Shown one piece after another: positions 38,382-52,329 of a stretch of 64,000 nt of DNA (position 1 is the first letter of the stretch; each line of letters starts with the position of its first letter). The DNA lies in assembly GCA_964016885.1 (NCBI GenBank), contig OZ024741.1, positions 331,328,001 to 331,392,000 of the forward strand, written 5' to 3'. The notes beneath the pieces are model-generated. The model did no database searches and was not told where the DNA came from. It saw only the letters and a list, made by a program, of their open reading frames with translations. Position numbers and translations under genes: made by a program. Origin of the DNA: Eledone cirrhosa. Taxonomy: Eukaryota.

Positions 38382-41323
38382 GTTATTTTTTTAAATTGTT
38401 TTTCTTAACCCTTTAGCATTTAAACCGGCCACATTGGGCCAGAATTTTCTCACCTCTTTCTGTTCAAACTGGCCGTAACTGGTCGCTCATACTGATGTTA
38501 AGGTATTTTTCTCTAAATAAATAACATCAAAATCTCATACATTCGGTATTATGTGAGATAATTATGTAAGATAAAGCCTTTACCACAAAAAATACAATTA
38601 TATATAGAGAGAGTAATGTAAATGTTAAGAGAGAAATGGATGTGTAGCTGTGTGGTTTACAAAGTGAAGAAATATAAAGAGTGTTTTGATTTTTACTTAA
38701 GAGAATTTCAGGCATAACTGGGTGGCTAAGAAGTGAAGAATTATTAGGTAAGTGTTTTTGATTCTTATTTAAAAGCAATTCAAGCATAGCTGAGTGGTTA
38801 AGACATGAAGATATTCTAGATAAGTTTATTTTTTATTTTTAGTGAGAGAAATGCTGGCATAGCTGGGTGGCTATTTAGACGTAGTTGTGTGGTTAAAAAT
38901 GGAAAAATGGAAAAAAAATACTAGGTATATATTAAGAATAATCTAATAACAGCTTTAGGCACAAGGCCAACAATTTTTGGGGAAAGGGAAAGTAAATTAA
39001 ATCGACACCAGTGCGTTACTGGTACTTTATTTTATCAACCCCGTAAAAATAAAAGGCAAAGCTAATCTTAGCAGGATATGAACTCAGAACATAAAGGGTC
39101 GTAACTCTATGCCACTAAGCATATTGTCCGACGCCCTATCAATTCTGAGGGGATATATAAACCCCCATAACAGATAAAATTAGGCATCAGCACATCCTTG
39201 AGTCTATGAGGTTCAAGAAGTGAAATCAACTCAACAGTAGTGATTTATGAGTATCTAACTTTACTAAATAAGGTGGTGAATTCGCAAAGACATTAGAACA
39301 GTAGATAGGTTCTGTTCTGTAGATGGTTTCTGTTCTGGGTCTCTGCTCTCCAAGCTCAAATCCTGCTGAGATTAACTTCACCTTTCATCCATTCAAGGTT
39401 GATAAAAAGTGCTGGGACTGATTCTTCTTCTATATCACTTTCTCATTCCCATTCTCTCTCACTTCCTATCATTCTCTGGAAGAAATCTGCTGTAGTCAGG
39501 CTTGGAGAGGGATGGGCTCTGCCCTAAGAAACACTGTATGTTAATATGGCGCCCCTATGACTCCATCAAGAGTTACAAGACTATATCATACCATACCAAC
39601 TCTACTAGCTCTTGAATATTAGATACCAGATCTTTAGGGAAAATTAATTACAAACATCCTCCCATATAAGTAGGATTTACTTCACTGGAGTGAAACACTA
39701 GCACTCTGAAAGGTGAGCTGTCAGATGAATTGGTTGCTCAGGTAAATTTATCACAGGTAATTACATCACAGGTAAATACATCACATTGTAATTTCATTGT
39801 AAGTTGATTACATTGTCAAACAATACATTGTTATATTTCTTATGAGCAGAATTAATTTGATCTTGAACATTATTTAATGTTTTTCATACCAAAACCATCT
39901 GAAACTGCTGGTTCTATGATAGAAAGATGTTTATTATAAAGCATTTTGATGGATGTTGCACTACCCTTCTGGGAAGGGCTCAAAATATTCCTTGGCAGTC
40001 CCATCCTATGCTCAATCAGATAAACGGAAAATCTCAAAAGTAAGTGCACAACTGATTGAATGTCATACATGGTTTACTGGTCACTGCTTCCGCACAAAAG
40101 TTGAGATGGTTTCAAATCTCTTGTGGGAAATGGGAGATCTCCACTACTAGAAAGCTCAGATACCAGGATACCTTAACAAGAGACACTGGAATTGACAAGG
40201 ATGACCTATAACCCTTGATGGGAAACAGAGACTGTTAGCAGGAAGTTGTGCTTACTGTCTTGCCTAAGGGTGATGTATAAGATAAGATTATATTTATATC
40301 AATCCTTCCATCATAATTTTATGTAAGAACCTTTGTTAAATAATGTTCCAAACACCAACTAATAAGAAAGTTATATTGCTAAATCCCTCTAAATTCTTAA
40401 TTGCATCATTTGGGTTAATTCAAGCCTTGTCATACACAGTGTCATGCTGAATCTTCCTGAGAATTATGTTAAGGGTATATCTGTCAGTGGAATACTCAGC
40501 CACTTACACTATAATACAAGTACAAGATGTACTGTACCAGTAATTCAAAGAGCCAGCCTTGTCACACACAATGTAATGCTGAATCTCCCTGAGAGTTCTA
40601 TTAAGGGTACAACTGTCTGTTGAATGCTCAGCCACTTGTATGTTAGTTTCATAAGTAAACTGTTCTATTAATTGAACAACTGGTCTATTCCACCTTCCAT
40701 CTATTCACAGAGCCAGCTTTGTTCTACACTGTGCCATACTGAATCTTCCTGAGAATTGATTATATTAAGGGTACACATATCTGTGGAATACTCAGCCATG
40801 TTACGTTAATCTCATGAGCAGGTTGTTCTATTAATTGAACAAACAAAACATCAATCATTGAAACTCTCATAAATCCATTCCACATTTCCTATTTTGTAAC
40901 ACACTGTGTTATGCTGACTGTCCCTGAGAATTATGTTAAAGTTCAACTATCTGTGGAATACTCAGCCATGTTAGGTTAATCTCATGAGCAGGTTGTTCTA
41001 TTAATTGAACTAATAAAACATCCATAATTGAAACTCTCACATTCCACCTCCTACTGAGCAGATTAACGAAGCAGTTGAGAAATTAGAGGTAATTAGTGTA
41101 AATTCTCCATTGTAAACTGCCTCCATATTAGGGCGGTCTTTACTGTTATTGCTGGTAATAAAAATTGATGGCGCTTTTTATGGGGATTCTTCTTAAGGAA
41201 GCTTACAATTTCTTGTGAGATCTGTGACTAATTATCTATCATTGAGAGAGTCTTAGATAAAATAGATTAGTGTTTGGTGGGAGACCTCCATTAGATGTCA
41301 TGTCACTAGTGGTAGTTTATAAT

Positions 41324-41358
<35 letters not shown>

Positions 41359-41964
41359 CTAATGAGAGGAGAAAGATGAGAGAGTGAGAGAGACAATGAG
41401 AGAGGAAGAAAGAGAGAGAAATAATGAGAAAAGAAGGGAGAGAGAGAGGAATAATGAGAGAGGAAGAGAAATAGAGAGATAAAGGGAGAAGAAGAAAGAG
41501 AGGGTAGGGTGGGGTCAGAAGGAGAAATATAATTATAGATAAATACTTAGACAGACAGACAGATAGCTAGATATACAAATAGACACTGATAGACAGATAG
41601 ATAGATAATGTTAGAAGCTAATGAAAAATAGATAAACATACAAACAACATTAATTTCCCTGCCTCCCTTGCAGCTCAAAGTTACTAAGAGGGGGTGGGGG
41701 TAGACATTTCCGAGGATGAAGAATTCTTCAGAGTATTTAGTATAATAATTAGAAACTGGAAGAGATGAAATGACTAACTGGATAATGGAGGGTACTAACA
41801 TTTCATGGGTCAAGAATTCAAAGTGCATATAAAGCATTCCTGTTGTATTTCAGCTCAATACCCTAGGGAATTGGTTCCCTCCCTACCTTTTCACTACCAA
41901 AGACCCCTTTTGTTTAAATTAACTTTCCCCATGGACACCCCACTACAATTATATTCCTAGATAA

Positions 41965-42745
41965 TGGTTTCTGATTGCTAATTTAGGCACAAGGCCAACA
42001 ATTTTGGTGGAAGGGAAAGTCAATTAAATTGACCTCAGTGCATTACTGGTTCTTTATTTTATTAATCCTGTAAGGAGAAAGGCAAAGGTAACCTCAGCGA
42101 AATTTGAACTCAGAATGTAAAGGGTCATAACTCTATGCTGAAAAGAAAATATATAAAGGCTTCTGATTTAGGCACAAGGCCAACAGTTTTTGGGGAGGGC
42201 AAAGTTGATTAAATCAGCCCCAGTGCATTACTGATTAAAGTGCATTTATTTTATTGACCCCGTAAGAATAAAAAGCAAAGCTGACCTCAGCGAGATTTGA
42301 ACTCAGAATGTAAAGTGATGTTACTATATACCACAAAGTATGTTGTCCGATGCTCTACTGATACTGCCAATCCACTGCCCTAACAATAATAACAATAATA
42401 ATTGTTTCTACTTTAGGCACAAGGCCAGCAATTTGAAGGGAGGGGAAAGTTGATTAAATCGACCCCAGTACATTACTGGGTCTTTATTTTATCGACCCCA
42501 TAACGATGAAAGGCAAAGTTAACCTCGGCGGAACAACAATAATAATAATTGTTTCTACTTTTGGCACAAGGCCAGCAATTATCCCAGTGTATTACTGGTA
42601 CTTTATTTCATCGACCCTGTAAGAATGAAAGGCAAAGTTAACCTCGGCAGGATTTGAACTCAGACCATAAAGGGCTGTAAGTCATTGCTGCAAAGCATGA
42701 CATCCGACCCTCTACCGATACTGCCAATCCACCACCCTCAATAAT
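41965..42745 (-). mobile_element. Stack of four to five SINE family B copies in the same orientation
   Basis: Repeated ggcacaaggcc...gcaaag.t.acctc.gc...tttgaactcag units, some joined by (AAT/AAC)n. Confidence 0.8.
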
Positions 42746-42877
42746 AATAATTTTAATTAAAATGTTTCTTTATAGAGAAGAAAGATAACCATTAGTGTGT
42801 GTATATTATGTTTTTAATAAAGTGCTTGAGATTTAAAAATTAACTCAATTCCCCAATCCCTTGTTCTATCTTTACAG

Positions 42878-42960
42878 AGCCAGGTCTAATGCCAGGCTTT
42901 GAGGCTCAAAGAATAGAAGGCGGGGCTAAGAACATTTTGGGGTGGGGGTGGGCACTCTAA
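42878..42960 (+). CDS. Candidate last protocadherin exon A (E-PGLMPGFEAQRIEGGAKNILGWGWAL*)
   Basis: Strong acceptor cccttgttctatctttacAG; open in phase 1 to TAA at 42958-42960. Confidence 0.25.
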
Positions 42961-43974
42961 TTCACAGTAATTCTAAGGTGGGGTTTTGGAATAAGTTTAT
43001 CACCATAGATTTTTCTAAACCTGAGGGTGTACAATTGAAAAGTGCCATCTTGTGTTCCCCTTCATATCTTGATAATGGGTTCTTACTGACCTCAGGCTAG
43101 GAACATTGACCTAGTGATTCTGTTGATTCACCTTCCCCCTATAACTGAAGTATAAGTTGTATGTAGATTTTAAAAAAAAAGGGGGCAATACAATTTATTT
43201 TGAGATGGCCATTCTGCAAGAGCATGTCTGAAACCACATCCGGTTCTACAATCATTGTCTTTCATTAAAAATATGGCAATGAAAGGATTAAAGTGTTTAT
43301 ACTTATATAAACAAATTTCTATCATGATTTTATGTAAGAAATGTTGTTAAGTTATGCTCTAAACATCAACTTGATAATGAGAAAGTTAATCATATTTTTA
43401 AATTCTTCCATTTTTTGATAATTTAAAAAATAATTTGAAAATCATAAGCAGTGTCTTTCATCAGAAACATGGTAATGACAGGGTTAAGCATTTTACTCTT
43501 TCTAATCCTAGTTCTCCTAGTCTTCTTTGTATCTCACCATTTTCCCCACACATCATTTCAACTCCCCCTCATCACCTTCTGTCACATCTTCAGCCATATC
43601 CTCCTGCTTCTAATTCCACCCCACACCTCTGTTCCTTATCCCCTATTCCTTTCTTTAGCTCAAAGGTAGTCAATATCCTCAGAAAAGTAGAGGAGAGAAG
43701 TTATCAATTAAATTTATCTCACCTCAATAAACAGCACAAAACTGGTTTCAGGCTGCCACATTTGCTGTTTACATCATCCCCGCCCCCGGGCTTCCACTGC
43801 TTCATTTGTCTCAGTTTCTCATTCTCATTTCTACACCTTTCCCATTTCTCTTCCTGTCAGTCTGCATACTTGCCTGTCTGTCAGTTTACTCCACCCCTAC
43901 TCACACACACAGAGACACACACACACACACACACACTCTCCCCCTCTCTCTCTATATATATATGTGTGCATGTG

Positions 43975-44005
<31 letters not shown>

Positions 44006-44485
44006 ATGTGTGTGAATATATATATGTGTGTGTGTGTGAATATATATATATGTGTGTGAATATATATATTGATGATGATGGTGATGATGATATATATATA
44101 TATATATAATTATATGTGTGTGTATGTGTGTATATGTGTGTGTGTGTGTATTACTTGTACACTTCTTATACCTTGCTAAAGAGACGTGCAGACACACCAC
44201 TGAAAACTAACAAAAAACACAAAAGAACTAAAAATTAAAATATAAAAATACAAAAAGTATATCAACGCACAGACAGACACACATACAGACAGACACACAC
44301 ATACATACGTCCACCCACCCACCTACACATACACATACCCCACATATACAACACAAAGAAACCCTCCAAATAATCTCTTCTAATCAGTAAGCCAGTGATT
44401 AACAAAGAGAAGTAAGTCTGAGATATTTGAGATAAACAATATGATAATAGACTGTCATTTAAGATTCATCTCATTGTTTACAGAG

Positions 44486-44935
44486 AGATTTTGGTAGAAT
44501 TCTTTGGTAAAATATTCCATTGTTTTCCTTAGATTTTGGAAGAATTCTTAGCCAAAATATTCCATTCACTTCCTTAGATTTTGGTAGAACTCTTTGGTAA
44601 AATATACCATTGTCTTCTTCAGATTTTGGTAGAATTCTTTGGTAAAATATTCCATTGTCTTCCTTAGATTTTGGTAGAACTCTTTGGTAAAATATACCAT
44701 TGTCTTCTTTAGATTTTGGTAGAATTCTTTGGCAAACAATGTTATTGTCTTCTATAGAATTTGGTAGAATTCCTTGGTAAAATATTTCATTACCTTCCTT
44801 AGATTTTGGTAGAATTCTTTGGCAAAATATTTCATTGACTTCCCTAGATTTTGGTAGAATTCTTAGCCAAAATATTCCATTATCTTCCCTAGATTTTGGT
44901 AGAATTCTTAGCCAAAATATTCCTTATCTTCCTTC
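44486..44935. repeat. 45-bp minisatellite, 10 copies
   Basis: Unit AGATTTTGGTAGAATTCTTTGGTAAAATATTCCATTGTCTTCCTT recurs every 45 nt from 44486 to 44891. Confidence 0.9.
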
Positions 44936-45859
44936 AGTATCCTAACTTTTTATTTTTAAAAAATATTTTTTCACTTCACATTATGATATTATAAAAAGTG
45001 TCATTAGCTTTTAGTGGAGATTTAATGGCAATATACAAAGGTGGACTGAAAAGTTCATAGGCTGATTATGAAGGAGTGATGCTAGTGCATGCATTAATTT
45101 CAACTCTTCTTATTAATAACTGCATTGTTTCATTCCAAGGACTTTGTTGAAAAATAAACCTCATTTGATCAATCCATGAGAGTATCTTGGCCAACCTATG
45201 AACTTTTCAGCTGTCTCTCATATTGACATATGGTGTGTGTTGAGCATTTGAAATCTCTCCAAGTTGTAACACAGCCAGAGAGAGAGAGAGAGAGAGAAAT
45301 CAACCCTAGTACTGGATGGGTTCTTTAGCTATAGACCTAGAAAAGATGAAATGCAAAGTTGACATCACTCACAAGTAGTATATGATAAGAGAAAGCGAGA
45401 GAGGGGGAAGAATCGACCCCGGTACTAGATTGGTACTTTATTTATCGACCTTGAAAGGAAGAAAGAGCAATATAATTTACTTCAGCAGGATTTGAACTTA
45501 CAGTGCAGAGAATTGGAACAAAATACTGAGGCATTTTAAATCCAACACTTTTACACCTCTGCAAATGCACCTTATTAGGATATTAAAAATGCAATTCATT
45601 CAGGAACAGAAAAATGAAAGATAGTCAATATATATATATCATCATCATCATCATCATTTTACATTCGTTGTTCTACGCTTGCATGTGTTGTACAGGTCCT
45701 TCTCAGTATAGCATCTCTCCACTTGTCACGTTCCTTTGTCATCTCCTCTGTGAGCTTTAGTGATCTGAGATTAGCTCCCACCACTTCGATTCGGGTCTTC
45801 CTTGGTCTTCCTCTACCATGGCCTCCCTCCACTGGGATTACTCAGTACTTCTCCACCCA

Positions 45860-46200
45860 GTGATCCTGGGCATTACTGTCAGCAGCGATTTGTGTTGGAC
45901 AAAGCATGTCTCTAAAATCGTCAAGAAGGCCGAGGGTGTCTTAGCATCACTCAGCAAGACCTTTGTCAGTCGCTCTCCAGCTATCTATTTAAAGCTGTAT
46001 ATAGCTATGATGCGGCCACACTTAGAATTTGCATCACCAGTCTGGAACCCCTATCTTGCTCAGAACATTGATCTCGTGGAAACTGTTCAGAGACGTGCAA
46101 CCAAGCGAATACCCTCCCTCAGGCATCTACCATACTCAGAACACCTTTCTTCCCTGGGCATGGATACATTGAAGCTCCAACGTCTGGCAACGTGGACATG
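45860..46200 (+). mobile_element. CR1/L2-group LINE RT C-terminal fragment, fused to an inverted RTE 3' end (45650-45860)
   Basis: LGITVSSDLCWTKHV...RPHLEFASPVWNPY...VQRRATKRI. Confidence 0.75.
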
Positions 46201-47006
46201 CCCACAATGGAGAAAATCACAGTGCAGCTTTCTTTAGCCAGGTGAAAAACTAAAAGAAGAATATTTTCTAATGATCTGTCTGCCCCAGGAGGATATAAAA
46301 GGTGAATGTTGCATATTATGTTTGTGTGAAATAAGATGTTATTGGAGCAAGAACTGTGTCTGAAATGACATTTTCACACTTTTTACTTTGAAAGGTTGCA
46401 GAATATAGACTACAAATGAGACAGTGAGAATATAGTGCTAGTGTAAGTAATAAAAGGGGTCAGTTATATAGGTTAACTCAGACAGAACAACTTAGAGAAT
46501 TAGCCTACTGTCACCATTTGCAAGATTTTATAGCCTTAGCATCTCTCCTTCGTGGTCAGCCTATGAACTTTTCAGTTGACTCTCATAGGTTAACTCAGAC
46601 ACAGAAATCTAAAGAATTAATCTACTGTTACCACTTGCAAGATTTTACAGCCTTAGCATTCCTCCTTCATGGTCAGACTATAAACTTTTCAGCTGACATC
46701 TCATAGGTTAGCTCAGACAGAACAATCTAGAGAATTAAACTACTGCCACCACTTGCAAATGAGGATGATTTGGTAACATGTACTATGCTTTTGTTAATAA
46801 ACAATGTACGTAGCTGAGAGATTGGACTTTGAAGCACTAAGAATATAGAATTAATATAAAGGATGATGTGCAGAATGCTATAAAGATAGCTTATAAAATT
46901 GGGTGAAGACAGAAAAAAAAGTTGCCATCAGCCACTATGAGGAATTAAACCTCATAGCGGCTGATGGTAACTACTGTTGCTGCTGTTGCTACCACTACTG
47001 TTGCTT

Positions 47007-47048
<42 letters not shown>

Positions 47049-47376
47049 AAGATCCTCTTCAGATTTTAGTCTTCACATTTATTATTACTATATATATGTA
47101 TATGCATTTTTTTCTTCTAACTTTAATTTTATACCTAATTGTGTATGGTTGACGGTATATTTAATCGATTTCCACGTGCTGTTGAAATGTTGGGTAAATA
47201 TTCTATGGTGGTTGGTCGCGAAGAGATTGCTGTAGTATATTTATCTACTATTTCTTCATAGGTGCCTTTTAATCTTATAGCCTGGTCTAATTGATTTTTT
47301 GAGTGGTTAATTATGCTAATTGGGAGAGGAAATGGTGTATATATATTATCAAATGATTCTATGGACATACTTTATA

Positions 47377-47417
<41 letters not shown>

Positions 47418-47420
<3 letters not shown>

Positions 47421-48693
47421 GGTGTGGACGATATTTGTTCGCAAGATTACTGTCTAGGAAAAAATAACACAGTAGTTTTATTTTTTAAGATATATTTATC
47501 AAACTTAGGTCAGTTTGTCTTCATGACTTGTTCTTTCGATATCACTCGATAAACCCGCCATTGGCTTTGATGACGGCCTCAAAGCGGCCTTGGAACCGGC
47601 TACAGGCCTTCGTCACTGTCCCCCGACTTAGGCCCCTAAAGGCACTTGTGATCCTGGCCTTCAGATCGTCTTTCGTATTGCTGCTAGATTTGTTGGTGTC
47701 TCGTTCCACTGCGCCCCACACAAAGAAGTCGAGGGGGTTGCAGTCAGGCGAGCTTGGAGGCCAGATGTCGACGAAGTTCTGACAGCCAGGCTTGGGTCTT
47801 TCGGCTGGTATGGCAAGGCGCTGAGTCTTGCTGCCAAACGTACGGCCTACCTGCAGCTACCTGGTCGATCCAGGGCTTTACTACCTCGCTCAGAACGCGG
47901 ATGTAGCCATCGGATGTAGCCAGGGAAACAGTGAGGTGGAATGATGTCACCTTGACCGCTGGCGACACCTAAGACCAATGTTGTCGCTGGAAACTTTGTC
48001 TGCATGACTCTGGGCACATCTTTGGATGAGACAGCGAGCTCCCTGTTGTTCTGGGAGTTGATCTTCTGGTCTTGGCAGAAGTTTTTCTCGTCGGAAAAAA
48101 ACCACAGCATGTCTGGCTCCAGCGGGTGTTTCAACTTGTTGATCAGCTTCTTTGCGTGCTTCAGTCGCTTTTCTTGCATCGCCTTTGACAGAAATTGTCC
48201 TTTCCTCATCTTGTATGAAATGTAGCGAATGTCTTCATGTACCACCAGCCTAATGAGCTTTTCATCCACGCCTTTCTCCCTTGCAATGGCATGCATCGAC
48301 TTGCTAGGTTCATTGTTGATGATATCCTGAACTTCAGCGACGAACTCGAGCGTTCTGAAGGCATCAGATCGTCGATCATATGTTTTCCTCTCTGATGTTG
48401 CTTCGTAGTCGAATCTTGAATCTTCCAATTCCTTTCTGACCTTTTCCACCATTCTCCTGGTGACGCTGAGAAAGTCTGAAATTTCCTTATTTGTCCTCCT
48501 GGCGTGGATTCCAAGAAGAACTTCGTGTCTCTTCCACAAATTTGGAGGTTCAAAATTATTCATAATCAATTATTCCAAAAATAAATAATGGAAATATAGT
48601 CACTGTTTTTATGAAGACAAGAGTGACAACGGAAGTAAAAAAAATTTGCATAAAATTAGCAGTTGAAAAATGCGAACAAATATCGTCCACACC

Positions 48694-48696
<3 letters not shown>
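47418..48696 (-). mobile_element. Tc1/mariner DNA transposon (maT/DD37D-like) with both TIRs and a disrupted transposase
   Basis: Perfect 26-bp TIR CAGGGTGTGGACGATATTTGTTCGCA flanked by TA, inside (TA)n; motifs FFSDEKNF, WQQDSAPCH, WPPSSPDCNPLDFFVWG split over three frames. Confidence 0.92.
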
Positions 48697-48730
<34 letters not shown>

Positions 48731-49399
48731 GGAGCGAGAGACTCCTAGTCTTCATTAAGACATCTCTGTTGGAGAAGGTCGCTTTGATATAAAAAATGTG
48801 CCTTTGTCTGCATCCAATGATGTAGATCAGTTTTACTTTCGACATTCAATGAGTGGGATTGGTCCTGTGCAAAGCTTTTCCTCACTTAAAAAAAGCTTCA
48901 AGTACAGGCATCACTTGATATGTGACATTTTTAGCCATGCGTGGCATGGCTGGCCATAGGTAAGTCCTAGCAGCACTAGAAAGCCAAGTCCGTGATGGTC
49001 ATGCTTAAATATCAAGCAATGGCATTACCCGAAATTGAGTTGCAGCCATCATGCATGTATGTATGTATGTATCTTGGTTAAGAGAGTGGGACTGGCTTTG
49101 TGCAGTGCCTTTGCTCACTATAAAAGCTTCACGGCACAGGCATTGCTTTATATCTGGAGATCTCTCTGCACTTGTCGTCACATGGTACCATGGGCCCAGC
49201 ACTATGTGTCAATAATTGTCACAAGTGTAGTGTTTGTACCAGAGTTTTCAAGTCGCTGGCTGGACTAAAAAGTCACACTCGTTCAGCGCATCGGTAGGGG
49301 TTCTCCTACATGGATATAAAGTGTGGCCATACTCGAAAACGAGTTGGCAGCCACCATGTATGTATGTATGTATGTATATTCTTCTGGTTTTATAATTTC

Positions 49400-50090
49400 A
49401 CAAATTTTTGCCAATAGAGAGAGTCGGTTTCTAACATAGGCACAAGATTCTCTCATTGGAATTTACAGAACATCAACTAGGTAGATATGTCTGCATGTCT
49501 GCATGCATGTGTGCAGGTATGGATGTTATTGTATGTGTGGATGTGTTTGTTTTGAGTTGTATGTGTGCATGTGCTTATGCTTTGTATCTGTACAAGTGTA
49601 TATGCAGTTATTAGATGGAAAATATTTAGAATGTTTTACATATTTTTACTGTTCCATTAATGGATTGTACTTGTAATTTCCTAACTAGTTGTGTTCTTTC
49701 TGTGAAGCCCAGCTTCTCAAGATTTGTATTGAGGCAGTTACAAACATATCCCAGGGCCCCAATATTCACAGGCATAAATCTGAAGGTATAGTCAGAGTGG
49801 AGTATCTGCAGATTTCTCATTAGTTCTGCATAAATATTCTCCTTTTCGTTAATCTTTGATATTATATTGGCATCTGTTGGGCAGCTAACTTCCACTACTT
49901 TGCATGTCTTCTTTTCCCTGTCCCATATCATTATATCTGATCTGTTATGCCTGCACTTTATTGGGGTTTTTACTGGAACATTCCACCAGTACTCTTTCAT
50001 ATTATGTATATGGATGTCTTCCACATTGCTGTAGCTTTAATGTGTTTGTCATCGGGGCTATCTTTTCTACGGATTGCCTTGTACAGTGTT
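49400..50090 (-). mobile_element. R4/Dong-like element 3' end (restriction-like endonuclease)
   Basis: ORF 49626..50024: HNRSDIMIWDREKKTCKVVEVSCP...IGALG; related decayed pieces at ~50560-50680 and ~62660-63560. Confidence 0.75.
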
Positions 50091-51555
50091 TTGGGTATAT
50101 TTGGGTATATTTAGGTATATTTTGGAGGCACATGGCTTAGTGGTTAGAGCATTGGCCTTGCAATCGAAAGGTCGTGAGTTCAATTTTCAGACCGGGTGAT
50201 GTGTTGTTTCCTTGAGCAAGACACTTTATTTCACATTGCTCCAGTTTACTCAGCTGTAGAAATGAGATGATAGGGACTTGGATCCATATCATTCCACTGC
50301 AAAGTGAACGTGGAGGTGCCACGGCAAAAAAGCACCCAGCACTCACTGTAAATGAGGTTGGTGTTAGGAAGGGTATCCAGCTGTAGAAATCAAGCCAGAA
50401 TCAGTTCCTGTCCCACCCTTGCAAGCAGAGAAAAAGCGGACATAAAATGAAATGAAATGAAAAATGAAATGATGAGACAGTTTCTCTGTGATACTATTTA
50501 TCTTGTCATTAAACCCCTTGTCCTTTCTGCTCAAGAAATGTGAAGGATACATCATTGGCTAGCAGGAGAACAGAAATACAAACCTAACCCATAATTTCTT
50601 TGTGGATGATCTGAAACTCTATGCCAAGAACATAGATGGGATGAAGAAAAATCTTAAACTGGTTACAACATTCTCAAAGAACATGTATGTATGTATGTAT
50701 GTATGTATGTATGTATGTATGTATGTATGTATGTATGTATGTATGTATGTATGTATCTATGTATGTATGTCAGGTCACCAGTTGGTGCTACTGGTAACAT
50801 GTATCCCAGTACAACCTGTCTCATGGTCGGGTCGTTGGCGACTAAACTGGCAACCCCGACCAAGGTTTCTTGGTGAGGAGGGTGACTTTGGACATCCTGC
50901 AGGACTAAAAACAAAACCTGTCAAAGGGCAAAGGACCTCTTAAGAGTCAATGGCCATTCCAAAATCACTGGGAGAGATGACCCCTTAGCCTTTGTCAAGG
51001 CAGAATTCTAGGAGAAGGAAAACTTTGATATAACACCTGCAACCCTGATGGTATCCAATGATGTTGACTTCTTCTTTTTGGTAAATATCATCTTGGTTAA
51101 GAGAGTGGGACTGGCTTTGTGCAGTGCCTTTGCTCACTAAAAAAGCTTCACGGCACAGGCATTGCTTTATATCTGGAGATCTCCCTTTACTTGTCGTCAC
51201 ATGGTACCATGGGCCCAGCACTATGTGTCAATAATTGTCACAAGCGTAGTGTTTGTACCAGAGTTTTCAAGTCAATGGCTGGACTAAAAAATCACACTCG
51301 TAGGGGTTCGGTAGGGGTTCTCCTACATGGATATAAAGTAGTGGCCGTACTCGAAAACGAGTTGGCAGCCACCATGTATGTCTGCATACATATGTCTGTA
51401 TGTATCTACATCCAGTCCTATAATCTCGTTTCTACAGCTGAGTAAACTGGAGCAATGTGAAATAAAGTGTCTTGCTCAAGGAAACAACATATGACTCAGT
51501 CTGAGAATTGAACTCACAATCTTTCGATTGCAAGCTCAATGATCTAACCACTAAG

Positions 51556-51615
<60 letters not shown>

Positions 51616-51622
51616 ATATATG

Positions 51623-51795
<173 letters not shown>

Positions 51796-51863
51796 GTGGT
51801 TACACAACAGTTAGTTCACCATACCGAGAACAATTGTTTCTCCTTAGCGGATCCTCAGCATTA

Positions 51864-51901
51864 CGAGCTGAGGATCCGCTAAGGTGAAACAATTGTTCTC
51901 G
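51864..51901 (+). ncRNA. Minimal type I hammerhead ribozyme inside a 69-bp inverted repeat
   Basis: CGAG-CTGAGGA-T-CC-GCTAA-GG-T-GAAAC-AATT-GTT^-CTCG; arms 51791-51859 and 51867-51935. Confidence 0.75.
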
Positions 51902-52002
51902 GTATGGTGAACTAACAGTTGTGTAACCACTTCTACCTAACTCGTCCCATGGACTGAGTGCTCTACTACTACGGATATTACCTTCCAGTGTCCTACCACT
52001 AT

Positions 52003-52050
<48 letters not shown>

Positions 52051-52221
52051 AAATGTGTGTAATCCTTGGTACAGTTAGGTATATTAAGACAGGGGGGAAG
52101 AAAAAATGGCTTCACTTGTGCTTTCAACAAATTTATTTTCTTCACAAAATCCAAAAAGAATTTTTCTTAAAAAAAATTATTTTATAAATTATATATATGT
52201 ATTTTATAAATTATATATATG

Positions 52222-52287
<66 letters not shown>

Positions 52288-52329
52288 CATGTATGTATAT
52301 ATATATGTATATATATATATAAAAAAAAG

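Noticed and set aside
43435-44109. 224-aa ORF
   Set aside because: Made of a MITE end, pyrimidine-rich low-complexity sequence and microsatellite; no domain signature.
44486-44935. Regularly spaced 45-bp repeats resembling a CRISPR array
   Set aside because: The whole unit repeats with no unique spacers, there are no cas genes, and the context is eukaryotic; it is a minisatellite.
47135-47368. 77-aa minus-strand ORF next to the mariner element
   Set aside because: Looks like a TE-derived fragment but has no motif I can assign.
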